This document shows positions 38,997 through 49,608 of a stretch of DNA of 64,000 bases, in pieces. Positions within the stretch are counted from its first letter, which is position 1. Every line of letters starts with the position of its first letter. Under the pieces are notes generated by a model, which was not told where the DNA came from, searched no databases, and was given only the letters and a program-made list of their open reading frames with translations. The translations under genes and the position numbers were made by a program. Origin of the DNA: Acholeplasmataceae bacterium (GTDB taxonomy: Bacteria; Bacillota_I; Bacilli_A; Acholeplasmatales; Acholeplasmataceae); the NCBI GenBank assembly GCA_011620375.1, contig WOZH01000041.1:3506-67505 (forward strand). Direction: 5' to 3'.

Positions 38997-39698
38997 ATGA
39001 TGATTATTTATGGAAAAAATGTCATTAGAGAAGCAGTATTTGTCAATCGCAAATTTCATTTTCTTTATGTGGATGAACGATTTAACGATGACTACTTCCT
39101 AAAATTTTTAGCGGATAAAGGTGTTCGCTATACGCGCGTTAATAAGGAAAAACTAAATCAATTGTCGAGACAAGCTGTACATCAAGGGCTAGTCGCTGAC
39201 GTTGAAGATTATCAGTATGCCGAATTAGCACCGTTTTTAGAAAAGACGGGTAAAAAACGATTTGTCATTTTAGACGGTGTTGAAGACCCCCATAACTTGG
39301 GTGCGATTCTAAGAACGGCTGAAGCAACGCAATTAACAGGTATTATTGTTTCCAAGAAAAACCAAGTACCACTCAATGCCACGGTTGCCAAAGTTTCGTC
39401 GGGTGCGATTGAACATGTACCAATCATTTTGGTGTCGAATATCAATCAGACCATCAAGACATTGAAAGATCACGGTATTTGGGTGATTGGTACCGATGGA
39501 AATACCGATAAATCTTATCGTGACATTCCCAAATCTGCGTCAACGGCCATTATCCTAGGTAATGAAGGCAGCGGCATTAGACCATTGGTTAAACAAAACT
39601 GTGATTACTTAGTTAAAATTCCAATGTTTGGCAAAATCAATTCCTTAAACGTAAGCGTAGCGGCAGCACTGATGATGTATCAGACACTTGATGAATGA
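38997..39698 (+). CDS. rlmB: 23S rRNA (Gm2251) 2'-O-methyltransferase
   Basis: IYGKN, HQG, LDGVEDPHNLGAILRTA, GNEGSG, SLNVSVAA. Confidence 0.93.
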   Translation: MMIIYGKNVIREAVFVNRKFHFLYVDERFNDDYFLKFLADKGVRYTRVNKEKLNQLSRQAVHQGLVADVEDYQYAELAPFLEKTGKKRFVILDGVEDPHNLGAILRTAEATQLTGIIVSKKNQVPLNATVAKVSSGAIEHVPIILVSNINQTIKTLKDHGIWVIGTDGNTDKSYRDIPKSASTAIILGNEGSGIRPLVKQNCDYLVKIPMFGKINSLNVSVAAALMMYQTLDE

Positions 39699-40188
39699 TT
39701 ATGAACTCGTCTATCTTATCCAAACCGAGATGTGTCAAGTTGCCTTTGATTTTATGTATCAAAAATATCGACGCTTCATATGGAAACAAATCCATTTACT
39801 GCATGTAAACTACCTAGAATTTGATGATTTTCATCAAGAAGGTATTCTCATGTTACTTAAAGCAGTTTCTACGTTTAATGAAGCTAAAAATAAAACATTC
39901 ATGCGGTATTTCGAACTCATCTTGAAAAGACATTATTATCATTTAGTACGAAGATTGCCACGGTATATCCTAAAGGATGAAGCGTCTTTTCAACAAGGGA
40001 CTTATTATATTGATGAATCTATCGATAGTTTTTTGATGACATGTTCTGACATTGAGCAATGGATCTATCAATTCTATTTTGTCGAATGTAGACCGATTGC
40101 TTCAATCGCCGAAGATTTAAAACTTTCTAAGAAACAAGTATATAATACCATCTACCGCATCAAGGAAAAATATAAAAGTATGCTATAA
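39688..40188 (+). CDS. sigH: SigH-like alternative sigma factor
   Basis: Region 2 DDFHQEG...LLKAVSTF; region 4 IAEDLKLSKKQVYNTIYRIK; syntenic with Firmicute sigH. Confidence 0.7.
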   Translation: MMNDYELVYLIQTEMCQVAFDFMYQKYRRFIWKQIHLLHVNYLEFDDFHQEGILMLLKAVSTFNEAKNKTFMRYFELILKRHYYHLVRRLPRYILKDEASFQQGTYYIDESIDSFLMTCSDIEQWIYQFYFVECRPIASIAEDLKLSKKQVYNTIYRIKEKYKSML

Positions 40189-40263
40189 TATAGAATAGTA
40201 TTGACTTAGGTTATTCGATAGTGTTAAAATACATGTGCGAATGACCACAAAGGTGGTTTTTTA

Positions 40264-40413
40264 ATGCGTGAAAAAGTTATATTGGTGTGCACAAAATGTT
40301 TAAGTAGGAACTATACGACAACGAAGAATAAATCAACACAAACAAAACGTTTGGAAGTCAAGAAATATTGTCCTAAATGCAATGAGCACACCCTTCATAA
40401 AGAAAGTAAATAG
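40264..40413 (+). CDS. rpmG: 50S ribosomal protein L33 (Zn-ribbon type)
   Basis: Hand translation [49 protein letters not shown]; missed by the ORF track. Confidence 0.97.
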   Translation: MREKVILVCTKCLSRNYTTTKNKSTQTKRLEVKKYCPKCNEHTLHKESK

Positions 40414-40424
40414 GAGGCCTTGAC

Positions 40425-40844
40425 ATGGCAATCAAACAAAAAACAGAGCCAAAAGGTAAGCTCATAGAAGTATTGACAAAAGAATATCGCTGGGAAAATT
40501 TATTATTAGGTGTTTTAGCGATTGTTTCGGCGGCATTATCGGTTATGATTCTAACTCACAATAACTTACTTACACCCCCAGATGACAGTTTCCCAGTTAT
40601 CGGTGGCGATAACTTCTTTATCTTTGCCTGGGTGCTTCTTGCGATCTCCGTGTTTGGTATCGTGCTCGTTGTTTACCCATTCTTTATCCCAGCAATTCCC
40701 GAATTGAAGAAGATTTCATGGGCGGGATGGCATAAGTTTTTGGACAATTCTGTTAGAGTAATTATTTTCTTGATTATTTTGACGGGTTTCTTATTGCTGT
40801 TTAATTTCTTGATTATTAGATTATTGGTAGGTACAATCCTATGA
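40425..40844 (+). CDS. secE: Preprotein translocase SecE (long, 3-TM form)
   Basis: ELKKISWA motif plus C-terminal TM; lies between rpmG and nusG. Confidence 0.85.
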   Translation: MAIKQKTEPKGKLIEVLTKEYRWENLLLGVLAIVSAALSVMILTHNNLLTPPDDSFPVIGGDNFFIFAWVLLAISVFGIVLVVYPFFIPAIPELKKISWAGWHKFLDNSVRVIIFLIILTGFLLLFNFLIIRLLVGTIL

Positions 40845-41380
40845 CCCAGAAAGTACGTTGGTATATCATCCAAACGTATTCTGGCTATGAAAATGCCGTC
40901 AAACTCGACTTAGAACGTCGTGTTGATTCCATGGGTATGTCTGATTACATCTTCCGTGTCATTGTCCCTGAAGAAACCATCATCGAAACAAAAGCTGATG
41001 GTAAACAGAAAGAGAAGATCAAACAGATTTTCCCCGGATACGTATTTGTTGAAATGATTGTTACCGATGAGTCATGGTTTGTCGTCAGAAACACACCGCG
41101 CGTTACAGGTTTCCTTGGCTCTTCTGGAGGCGGGACCAAACCAGTACCGCTTGCACCGGATGAAATTAACCAAATCTTACTAAAGATTGGTGTGATGCAA
41201 AAGCCGACATACGATCATCTTGTTGGTAAGCACGTCGAAATTTTGAATGGGGCTTTCACTGGTTTAAAAGGCGAAGTCACAGCTGTTGATAATGATCAAG
41301 GAAAGATTACTGTCAACATCGATGTCTTTGGTCGCTCAACACCAACAGAATTCGACACAATTGATATTAGAGAACTTTAA
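40841..41380 (+). CDS. nusG: Transcription factor NusG
   Basis: WYIIQTYSGYE, FPGYVFVEM, VRNTPRVTGF, KOW motif, VFGRSTP. Confidence 0.98.
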   Translation: MTQKVRWYIIQTYSGYENAVKLDLERRVDSMGMSDYIFRVIVPEETIIETKADGKQKEKIKQIFPGYVFVEMIVTDESWFVVRNTPRVTGFLGSSGGGTKPVPLAPDEINQILLKIGVMQKPTYDHLVGKHVEILNGAFTGLKGEVTAVDNDQGKITVNIDVFGRSTPTEFDTIDIREL

Positions 41381-41381
41381 T

Positions 41382-41401
41382 AAAAGTGCACATGCGCTTT
41401 T
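41382..41401 (+). terminator. nusG terminator
   Basis: AAAAGTGC-ACAT-GCGCTTTT. Confidence 0.6.
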
Positions 41402-41497
41402 ATTTTCACATAAATAGTTAAAATATATCATTAATTGAAGCATTTAATGACACAAAAGTTCTTTGAGATGTTATCATAGTATTGTATAGATGGAGGT

Positions 41498-42199
41498 ATG
41501 GAAATGAAAATAGAAATATGGTCAGATTTTGCTTGTCCGTTTTGTTATATGGGTAAAGCTAGATTTGAACAAGCGTTAAATCAATTTGAACATCGCGATC
41601 AAGTCGAAGTTACTTATAAGGCATATCAATTGGATCCAAATGCACCAAAAGAAATGACAAAACCAGCGCATGTCGCATTCGCTGAAAGCCATGGTATGAC
41701 AGCAGATCAAGCGAAACAAAAATTTTCAATGATTTCAGAAAACGCGAAAACAGCAGGACTCACCTACGATTACGACAAAATTCAAATGACGAATACATTT
41801 GATGCACATCGTTTAGCGAAATACGCAAGCGAAAAGGGGCTTGAAGATAAACTCACAACACGTTTAATGAAGGCTTATTTTACGGATGGACTGAATTTAT
41901 CAGATATCAATACATTGGTTAAGTTAGCGGTTGAAATCGGTCTAGATGAAAAAGAATCAAAAGCGGTGTTAACATTGAATAAATATGGTGATGTCGTAAC
42001 GAAACAAATCAACGAAGGTAGACAAATTGGTGTGCAAGGTGTTCCCTTCTTTGTCATCAATCGAAAATATGGTCTCTCAGGAGCACAACAAACAACATAT
42101 TTCTTGCAAGCATTAAGACAGATTTGGACTGAAGAAAACCCACTACAAACGATGGGTGAAGGCGAAACTTGTCAAGACGAAGGCGAATGTACAGTTTAA
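41498..42199 (+). CDS. DsbA-family (FrnE-like) thiol oxidoreductase
   Basis: WSDFACPFCYMG, NTFDAHRL, GVPFF; C-terminal C-x5-C tail. Confidence 0.88.
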   Translation: MEMKIEIWSDFACPFCYMGKARFEQALNQFEHRDQVEVTYKAYQLDPNAPKEMTKPAHVAFAESHGMTADQAKQKFSMISENAKTAGLTYDYDKIQMTNTFDAHRLAKYASEKGLEDKLTTRLMKAYFTDGLNLSDINTLVKLAVEIGLDEKESKAVLTLNKYGDVVTKQINEGRQIGVQGVPFFVINRKYGLSGAQQTTYFLQALRQIWTEENPLQTMGEGETCQDEGECTV

Positions 42200-42225
42200 G
42201 AACCTGTAAAAAGGTTCTTTTTTTT
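42198..42225 (+). terminator. Terminator after the FrnE-like gene
   Basis: AAGAACCT-N6-AGGTTCTT followed by a T tract. Confidence 0.75.
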
Positions 42226-42263
42226 AAATAATGTGATAAAATTAAAGAAAAAAAGGAGCACAC

Positions 42264-42620
42264 ATGAAGTTAATTGGCAATATCATTTGGTTGATTTTTG
42301 GGGGATTGTTTGCAGCGCTTGCATGGCTTTTAGCAGGTTTGTTGCTGTGTATTACAATCATAGGTATTCCCTTTGGTCTACAGTTTTTTAAATTTGCAAA
42401 ACTGGTATTATGGCCCTTCGGCAAAAATGTTGATACAGACTTTAATGAACATCCAATCATGAACATCATTTGGCTAATTATTGGTGGGTGGGAAACGTTC
42501 TTGGTCTATATCGTTATTGGCGCAATTTTCTATATTACAATTATCGGTATTCCATTCGGTAAACAATGGTTTAAATTAGCTCAACTTGCATTATTTCCAT
42601 TTGGTGCAAAGATAAAGTAA
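42264..42620 (+). CDS. YccF-domain membrane protein
   Basis: Two repeats of GNIIW..FGG...ITIIGIPFG.Q.FK.A...L.PFG. Confidence 0.9.
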   Translation: MKLIGNIIWLIFGGLFAALAWLLAGLLLCITIIGIPFGLQFFKFAKLVLWPFGKNVDTDFNEHPIMNIIWLIIGGWETFLVYIVIGAIFYITIIGIPFGKQWFKLAQLALFPFGAKIK

Positions 42621-42682
42621 GACCAATTTGAAGGGGTTCTCTTGGCGAGGACCTCTTTTTTATAGGATTATGTCGTTTATTG

Positions 42683-42711
42683 TTGACAACCCCCACCCTA
42701 AATGATAGAAT
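42683..42711 (+). promoter_or_regulatory. rplK promoter
   Basis: TTGACA-N17-TAGAAT with extended -10 TG. Confidence 0.75.
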
Positions 42712-42737
42712 ATATTCGCGTGTGAAAGCACACCGTA

Positions 42738-42760
42738 GTGGAAGGAGCGATCCATACCAC
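42738..42760 (+). promoter_or_regulatory. L1-binding leader element upstream of rplK
   Basis: GUGG-AA-GGA-GCGA-UCC-AUA-CCAC, a stem/internal loop/stem resembling the L1 site. Confidence 0.55.
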
Positions 42761-42789
42761 ATACTTATGTAAAGAAGGAGGTTGTGTGC

Positions 42790-43215
42790 ATGGCAAAAAA
42801 AGTCGTTCGCGTACTTAAATTACAAATACAAGCTGGTAAAGCAAACCCAGCGCCACCAGTTGGTCCAGCACTTGGTCAAGCGCAGGTAAACATTCAGCAG
42901 TTTTGTTCCCAATTTAACGAAGCGACAAAAGATCAAATGGGATTCGTTGTACCCGTAGTCATCACAGTCTATGATGACCGTACATTCTCATTTATCACAA
43001 AAATGCCACCAGTTAGCGATCTATTAAAGAAAGCGGCCAATATTAAAAAGGGTTCTGACAATGCTCTAAAGAATAAAGTCGCAACTTTAACAAAAGCACA
43101 AATTAATGAGATCGCAGAAAGAAAAATGCCCGATTTAAACGCTTTTACCGTTGAAGCAGCAGCAAAGATTGTTGAAGGAACAGCGCGTAATATGGGTATT
43201 GTAGTAAAAGACTAA
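42790..43215 (+). CDS. rplK: 50S ribosomal protein L11
   Basis: [23 protein letters not shown]. Confidence 0.99.
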   Translation: MAKKVVRVLKLQIQAGKANPAPPVGPALGQAQVNIQQFCSQFNEATKDQMGFVVPVVITVYDDRTFSFITKMPPVSDLLKKAANIKKGSDNALKNKVATLTKAQINEIAERKMPDLNAFTVEAAAKIVEGTARNMGIVVKD

Positions 43216-43240
43216 ATTTAGATTATTAGCTATCTAAATT

Positions 43241-43265
43241 GTGGGAGGATATCCCGCTAGACCAC
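43241..43265 (+). promoter_or_regulatory. L1-binding element upstream of rplA
   Basis: GUGGGAGGAUAUCCCGCUAGACCAC with the canonical GUGGGAG...GACCAC core. Confidence 0.65.
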
Positions 43266-43281
43266 ATTTTGGAGGAAACAT

Positions 43282-43983
43282 ATGAAACGAGGAAAGAAAT
43301 ACGTTGAAGCAGCAAAGTTGATTGACAAACAAAATCACTATGCTGTAAGTGAAGCCGTTGATCTAGTCAAAAAAACGTCATTCGTGAAATTCGACGCAAC
43401 CGTAGAAGCAGCTTTTCGTTTGAATCTTGATCCAAGACAAGCGGAACAAAATTTACGGGGCGCGCTCGTATTGCCTCACGGAACCGGCAAAACAAACCGC
43501 GTTGTCGTTATTGCTCAAGGTGAGCAAGCGAAACAAGCGACTGAAGCTGGTGCTGATTATGTCGGTGATAAAGAACTCATCGATAAAATTGCAGGCGGTT
43601 GGTTCGACTTCGATGTTATGGTTGCTACACCTAACATGATGTCACAACTCGGTAAACTTGGACGTTTATTAGGACCGAAGGGCTTAATGCCAAACCCTAA
43701 GACTGGAACGGTAACTATGGATGTTGAAAAAGCAGTCCATGAAATTAAAAACGGTAAGATTGAATACCGTGTTGACAAGGTAGGTAATATTCATGCACCG
43801 ATTGGTCGCGTATCATTTGATGCTAACAAATTAACAGAAAACCTTGTTGCCCTTTATCGTCGACTTATACAGATTAAACCATCGACGGTTAAAGGAACTT
43901 ACATCAAGAACATCACAGTGACATCAAGTATGGCACCTGGTGTTCGCGTAGAAGAAGATTCATTAAAGAATTTCCAAGCGTAA
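43282..43983 (+). CDS. rplA: 50S ribosomal protein L1
   Basis: [30 protein letters not shown]. Confidence 0.99.
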   Translation: MKRGKKYVEAAKLIDKQNHYAVSEAVDLVKKTSFVKFDATVEAAFRLNLDPRQAEQNLRGALVLPHGTGKTNRVVVIAQGEQAKQATEAGADYVGDKELIDKIAGGWFDFDVMVATPNMMSQLGKLGRLLGPKGLMPNPKTGTVTMDVEKAVHEIKNGKIEYRVDKVGNIHAPIGRVSFDANKLTENLVALYRRLIQIKPSTVKGTYIKNITVTSSMAPGVRVEEDSLKNFQA

Positions 43984-44004
43984 ACAAAAACCTAATCAAA
44001 GATA

Positions 44005-44097
44005 TGCCAAAGACAGTAGGTGCTAAAAGCTTAATTTCCTACCGAGGTGAAATTACATTTCTCTCTCTTTTGTCTTTGGCATGAGAGAGATTTTTTT
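44005..44097 (+). promoter_or_regulatory. L10 leader attenuator
   Basis: AAGACAGTAGG...TTAATTTCCTACCGAGG core; GCCAAAGACA/TGTCTTTGGC pairing competes with terminator TCTCTCTC...GAGAGAGA-T6. Confidence 0.85.
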
Positions 44098-44111
44098 AAA
44101 GGAGGCATACG

Positions 44112-44600
44112 ATGCAAAAAGAAAGTATTAAGCGTAAAGCCGAACAGGTAGAAGCCCTAGCTGAAAAGTTTGGTCGTGCCAAAACGGTCGTAGCCTTTGA
44201 TTACCCTGGTTTGACAGTTGAAGCATTTACAAAACTCAGAACAGCGTTGAGAAATGCAAACTGTGAAATGGCGATTTATAAGAACAACATCTCACGTCGT
44301 GCCTCAATCGCGGCTGGATATGATGCACTCGCAGACACATTTGTCGGTGCGAAGGCTATCGCGATGAGTTTTGAAGATGTTGTTGCTCCTGCGAAGGTCG
44401 TTTACGATTTCGCTAAGGATAACAATCAAGTTGTCATTCAAGCTGGCGTTGTTGAAGGAAAGGTTGCGTCTCTAGACACAATCAATAAATTGGCTACATT
44501 ACCATCTTATGAAACGATGTTAACGATGTTAGCAGTAGGATTAATGACACCGATTAGGGAACTAACGGTTGGCCTTCACATGATTAGTGAAGAAGCTTAA
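44112..44600 (+). CDS. rplJ: 50S ribosomal protein L10
   Basis: DYPGLTV...LR, YKNNI, LATLPS; follows the L10 leader. Confidence 0.97.
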   Translation: MQKESIKRKAEQVEALAEKFGRAKTVVAFDYPGLTVEAFTKLRTALRNANCEMAIYKNNISRRASIAAGYDALADTFVGAKAIAMSFEDVVAPAKVVYDFAKDNNQVVIQAGVVEGKVASLDTINKLATLPSYETMLTMLAVGLMTPIRELTVGLHMISEEA

Positions 44601-44624
44601 AACAATTTAGGAGGAAACCATATT

Positions 44625-44999
44625 ATGGCAAAACTTACAAAAGCAGAATTTGTAGCATCTCTCAAAGAGATGACATTGCTAGAAATCAAAGAATTAGTAG
44701 ACGGATTAAAAGAAGAATTTGGTATTGACCCTACTGCAGTTGCAGCAGCTCCAGCAGCTGGCGCAGGCGTCGAAGCAGCTGAAGAACAAACAGAATTTGA
44801 TGTCATTCTTAAGACGTATGGAGCAAACAAGATTGCCGTCATCAAAGTCGTCCGTGCAGTAACTGGCCTAGGTCTTGCAGATGCTAAGACATTGACAGAA
44901 ACTGCAGATGCAGTCATCAAAGAAAAGATCAGCAAGGAAGAAGCTGAAGCACTTAAGGAACAATTAACAGAAGCAGGAGCAACTGTTGAACTTAAGTAA
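44625..44999 (+). CDS. rplL: 50S ribosomal protein L7/L12
   Basis: [35 protein letters not shown]. Confidence 0.99.
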   Translation: MAKLTKAEFVASLKEMTLLEIKELVDGLKEEFGIDPTAVAAAPAAGAGVEAAEEQTEFDVILKTYGANKIAVIKVVRAVTGLGLADAKTLTETADAVIKEKISKEEAEALKEQLTEAGATVELK

Positions 45000-45022
45000 G
45001 TACTTAAAAACTAGTGTAAAAT

Positions 45023-45047
45023 AACCTGAGAACATCTCGGGTTTTTT
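45023..45047 (+). terminator. rplJL terminator
   Basis: AACCTGAG-N5-CTCGGGTT-TTTT. Confidence 0.75.
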
Positions 45048-45068
45048 CGCTGTTATTAGGGGGATTAT

Positions 45069-45671
45069 ATGAGCCATTATTATATCACTGATGATACGCT
45101 TGACCATACTTATCAAACCATCGATTTTGATATGCGTAATGTGCGACTTATTTTAACCACAGATCGTGGTGTTTTCAGTCGGAATTACATCGATTATGGG
45201 ACAAAAATATTAATCGAAAATTTGGACTTGAACCATGTAAAAAAAGCGCTTGATATTGGCTGTGGTTATGGCCCAGTTGGGCTTTTCATTGCGGGTTATG
45301 ATAACGAGATTAACGTCGTGCTCTCAGATGTGAATGAACGCGCTATTGCACTTGCTAAAAAAAACATTGAAGACAATCACATCTCGCATGCAAAAGCGCT
45401 GGTTAGTCATGTTTTCGAAAAAATTAATGAATCATTTGATTTAATCGTTACTAATCCGCCGATTAGAGCGGGTAAGGATACAGTGTTTTCAATTTACGAA
45501 GGGGCCAATAATCACTTAAATGATGGTGGTTCTTTATATGTCGTGATCCAAAAGAAACAGGGTGCACCATCTTCAGTCAAAAAAATCGAGACTTTATTTG
45601 GAAATTGTGAGATTTTAGTGAAATCAAAGGGATATTGGGTACTTTTAGCTAAAAAAGAAAAAAGTAGTTGA
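45069..45671 (+). CDS. rsmC: RsmC/YbxB-like class I SAM methyltransferase
   Basis: GVFS...IDYGT, LDIGCGYGPVG, NPPIRAGK, KKQGAPS. Confidence 0.85.
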   Translation: MSHYYITDDTLDHTYQTIDFDMRNVRLILTTDRGVFSRNYIDYGTKILIENLDLNHVKKALDIGCGYGPVGLFIAGYDNEINVVLSDVNERAIALAKKNIEDNHISHAKALVSHVFEKINESFDLIVTNPPIRAGKDTVFSIYEGANNHLNDGGSLYVVIQKKQGAPSSVKKIETLFGNCEILVKSKGYWVLLAKKEKSS

Positions 45672-45780
45672 CATGTTGTATTATTTATGATAACATAGTA
45701 AAATGCATAATAATGGTTTTAATATATAATTTAATCGGTTATATGACGTTGTTTTCTAGAAATTGATAGGAGTGTGGAAC

Positions 45781-48700
45781 ATGGGATATCGGAATGTGAA
45801 ATACGGCAAAAAGGCGGAGCGTAGAAATTATTCAAGAATGCGCTACGATATTGATTTGCCCAACCTAATCGAAATACAAACCAATTCATTCCAATGGTTT
45901 ATCGACGAGGGCATCAAAGGATTATTAGAAGATATTTCGCCAATTGAAGGTCACAATGGCGATTTAAAGTTATATTTTGAAGAACACTACCTGACCGAAC
46001 CAAAGTTTGGTATCCAAGAATCAAAATTGCGCGATGTAAACTACGCAAAACAGCTTTCCGCAAAGGTTAAGCTTGAAAATGCGATTACTGGAGAAGTTAG
46101 AGAAAATGTCATCTTAATGAGTGAAATCCCCTATATGACACCATCGGGGACTTTTGTCATTAATGGTGCTGAGCGTGTCGTCGTATCCCAGATTATTCGT
46201 TCGTCTGGTGCTTATTATATGAGCGAAATGGACAAAAAGATGAATCAGATCAAATATTCTGCCCAAATCATCCCGACTCGTGGGGCATGGTTGGAATATG
46301 AACTTGGTTCAAAGCGTATTGTTTATGCGAAATTGGATAGAAGTAAGAAAGTACCATTAACAACATTGATGCGTGCTTTAGGTATCCAAAAGAAAAAGGA
46401 TATCTATGAAGTCTTCGGTAAGTCGCCATACCTCGATTCAACGTTTGAAAAGGATGATACTAAAAATTCGGATGACGCAATTGTTGATTTGTATTCAAAA
46501 CTAAGACAGGGCGAAAAGGTGCCAGCCGATGCTGCACGTGAATTTATCAGAATGCGTCTGTTTGAAAAACGTCGTTATGATTTAGCGCCTGTCGGACGTT
46601 ATAAATTTAATAAAAAATTAGATGTGCTTACGCGTATTGAAAATGCCTATACGGCTACAGATATCGTTGATCCAAAAACTGGTAAAGTATTGGTTGCTGA
46701 AAAAACAAAAATCACAAAAGATGTCATCAATATGCTCAAAGAACATCGTGACGCACTGCTTGTTGAAGTAATTTCAAAAGAAGATTCACTACAAAACGAA
46801 CCACCTGCTGAAATACTTGCAACATACTTACCTGATGGTGGCGATGCATTATTTGCTAAAGAAAATATTGTCAACTTAAAGACCGGTGAGATTCTGGTTT
46901 CCAAAAATACGGAAATTACTGAAGAAACTTTCAGTGTTCTACGTAGAAACCGTAATGTTTTAGATGAAAAGGTCATCAAATATTTCTTTGATGGTAGAGA
47001 TTTGCACGAAAAAGAAAAAGAACGTGCTGGCGTTATCGTTGAAGCGATTGATGTCACTGTTAAAGATGATGAAACAGACAAGATTTATACGGTTCGCGTT
47101 TTAGGTAATGACCAAAGAGAACGTCGTGAACATATCACGTTATCCGATATTGTCGCATCCATCTCATACTACTTAAACTTATATGATGGATTAGGAACAA
47201 CCGATGATATCGACCATTTAGGTAATCGTCGCTTAAGGTTGATTGGTGAACTTCTTAAAAATCAATTTAGAATTGGTTTGGCGAGAGCTGAAAAGAACAT
47301 CAAAGATAAGATGTCAACGACGACGTTCGCTGATGCGACGCCATCGAATATCATCAATATGACTCCACTCGCTGGTGCCATTAAGACATTTTTCGGTAGT
47401 TCACAGTTATCGCAGTTCATGGATCAAATTAACCCACTTGCTGAATTGACACAAAAACGGCGTGTATCAGCACTTGGCACAGGCGGTCTTGCTAGAGATC
47501 GTGCTGGCGTTGAAGTCCGTGACGTACATAACTCACACTACGGCCGTATCTGTCCAATTGAAACACCTGAAGGTCCATCTATCGGGTTGATTAGTTCACT
47601 AGCGACGTATGGGAAAGTTGACCAATATGGCTTTATTCAAACGCCATATTTAATCGTTGATAAATCAGGTGATAAACCTGTGGTTACACAAGAATTTAAA
47701 TATTTAACAGCTGATGAAGAATACCATGAAATTATCGCTTCAGCAGCAACCCATCTAGACGAAGACGGATCTATCGGTGAAGACATCGTCGTCGGTCGTC
47801 ATCGTGGTGAAACATCGATGTTCGATTTAAATGAAGTCACCTATATGGATGTTAGCCCAAAACAAATTGTATCTGTAGCAACATCAACCATTCCATTTTT
47901 GGAACACGATGATGCTTCACGCGCATTGATGGGGGCGAACATGCAACGCCAAGCTGTACCACTATTAAAGACAGATTCTCCAATTGTAGGTACAGGTATT
48001 GAATATCGTGCTGCGAAGGATTCGGGATCAGTTATTGTTTCCGATGTTTCAGGATATATCACGTATGCTGATGGTAGAAGAATAGAGGTAACACCTGAGC
48101 CAAAAGAACGTGTGGTCGTCGGTAATCATACGCTTTATGATCCTAAGAAGGGTTTTACATTTGAAAATGCGAAGATGCTTAGAGATTATGGTATGGGCGA
48201 TACGGTTACTTATCAACTGACAAATTTCATGCGTTCAAATCAAGATACATTAGTTTTGCAGAAACCGATTGTTAAAACCGGTGAGTTTATCGATGCAGGT
48301 GATATCTTAGCTGATGGCCCGTCGACTGATAAGGGTGAACTGGCACTTGGTAGAAACGTAACGGTTGCATTTATGACTTGGGAAGGTTATAACTATGAAG
48401 ATGCTGTCATCATGTGTGAAGACCTTGTTAAGGATGACGTTTATACGTCAATCCACATTGATGAATATGAAGTTGAAACACGTGAATTAAAGAGTGGCTC
48501 TGGTCGTGAAGAAATCACACGTGAAGTTCCAAACGCCGGTTATGATGCTGTCAAGAATCTTGACGAAAGAGGGATCATCATTCCAGGGTCAGAAGTTAAA
48601 GAAAACGATATTTTGGTGGGTAAAATCACGCCAAAAGGTGTGTTTGAACCAACGCCATCTGAAAAATTAATTCACGCGGTCATCGGTGAAAAATCGCGAG

Positions 48701-49608
48701 AATATCGCGATTCATCAAAACGTGTACCACACGGTGGTGGTGGTGTTGTTCAATCTGTTCAATATTTTTCTAAGAAGAACGGGGATCAACTCCAAAGCGG
48801 TGTTAATGAATTTATTCGTGTCTATGTCGCTAAGAAACGTAAGATTTCTGAAGGTGACAAGATGGCTGGTCGTCATGGTAATAAGGGTGTTATCTCTAAG
48901 ATTCTCCCACGTGAGGATATGCCATACATGGCTGATGGTACACCGATTGACATCATGTTAAACCCACTTGGGGTGCCATCACGTATGAACATTGGGCAAA
49001 TCCTAGAAATTCATTTAGGTATGGCTGCTAAGAAATTAGGTATTAAAATAGCGACACCTGTTTTTGATGGTGTCAATGACGAAGACTTATTATCGATTAT
49101 GAAAGAAGCTGGCCTTGATTCAGATGGTAAAACCATTTTATACGATGGACGTACGGGTGAACCATATGAAAATAGAATCTCTGTCGGTGTCATGTACATG
49201 ATTAAACTATCACACATGGTCGATGATAAATTGCATGCTCGTGCAGTTGGTCCATATACGCTTGTTACACAACAACCGATGGGTGGTAAAGCCCAAAACG
49301 GTGGCCAACGTTTCGGAGAAATGGAAGTGTGGGCACTTTATGCTTATGGTGCGGCACATACACTGCAAGAAATGTTAACGGTTAAATCAGATGATATGCT
49401 TGGTAGAAACAAGGTTTACAGTGCGATTACGCATGGTAAGCCAATTCCTCAGGCAGGCATTCCTGAATCGTTTAGAGTCTTGACCAGAGAATTCCAAGCA
49501 TTGGGTCTTCACGTGGAATTAATTGACGCGAACACCGGTGAAAATGAAGCTGAAAAATCACTTGTTAATAATAGTCCGTCCAGATTCATGAAAGGAGGGT
49601 TTCACTAA
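45781..49608 (+). CDS. rpoB: RNA polymerase beta subunit
   Basis: [52 protein letters not shown]. Confidence 0.99.
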   Translation: MGYRNVKYGKKAERRNYSRMRYDIDLPNLIEIQTNSFQWFIDEGIKGLLEDISPIEGHNGDLKLYFEEHYLTEPKFGIQESKLRDVNYAKQLSAKVKLENAITGEVRENVILMSEIPYMTPSGTFVINGAERVVVSQIIRSSGAYYMSEMDKKMNQIKYSAQIIPTRGAWLEYELGSKRIVYAKLDRSKKVPLTTLMRALGIQKKKDIYEVFGKSPYLDSTFEKDDTKNSDDAIVDLYSKLRQGEKVPADAAREFIRMRLFEKRRYDLAPVGRYKFNKKLDVLTRIENAYTATDIVDPKTGKVLVAEKTKITKDVINMLKEHRDALLVEVISKEDSLQNEPPAEILATYLPDGGDALFAKENIVNLKTGEILVSKNTEITEETFSVLRRNRNVLDEKVIKYFFDGRDLHEKEKERAGVIVEAIDVTVKDDETDKIYTVRVLGNDQRERREHITLSDIVASISYYLNLYDGLGTTDDIDHLGNRRLRLIGELLKNQFRIGLARAEKNIKDKMSTTTFADATPSNIINMTPLAGAIKTFFGSSQLSQFMDQINPLAELTQKRRVSALGTGGLARDRAGVEVRDVHNSHYGRICPIETPEGPSIGLISSLATYGKVDQYGFIQTPYLIVDKSGDKPVVTQEFKYLTADEEYHEIIASAATHLDEDGSIGEDIVVGRHRGETSMFDLNEVTYMDVSPKQIVSVATSTIPFLEHDDASRALMGANMQRQAVPLLKTDSPIVGTGIEYRAAKDSGSVIVSDVSGYITYADGRRIEVTPEPKERVVVGNHTLYDPKKGFTFENAKMLRDYGMGDTVTYQLTNFMRSNQDTLVLQKPIVKTGEFIDAGDILADGPSTDKGELALGRNVTVAFMTWEGYNYEDAVIMCEDLVKDDVYTSIHIDEYEVETRELKSGSGREEITREVPNAGYDAVKNLDERGIIIPGSEVKENDILVGKITPKGVFEPTPSEKLIHAVIGEKSREYRDSSKRVPHGGGGVVQSVQYFSKKNGDQLQSGVNEFIRVYVAKKRKISEGDKMAGRHGNKGVISKILPREDMPYMADGTPIDIMLNPLGVPSRMNIGQILEIHLGMAAKKLGIKIATPVFDGVNDEDLLSIMKEAGLDSDGKTILYDGRTGEPYENRISVGVMYMIKLSHMVDDKLHARAVGPYTLVTQQPMGGKAQNGGQRFGEMEVWALYAYGAAHTLQEMLTVKSDDMLGRNKVYSAITHGKPIPQAGIPESFRVLTREFQALGLHVELIDANTGENEAEKSLVNNSPSRFMKGGFH

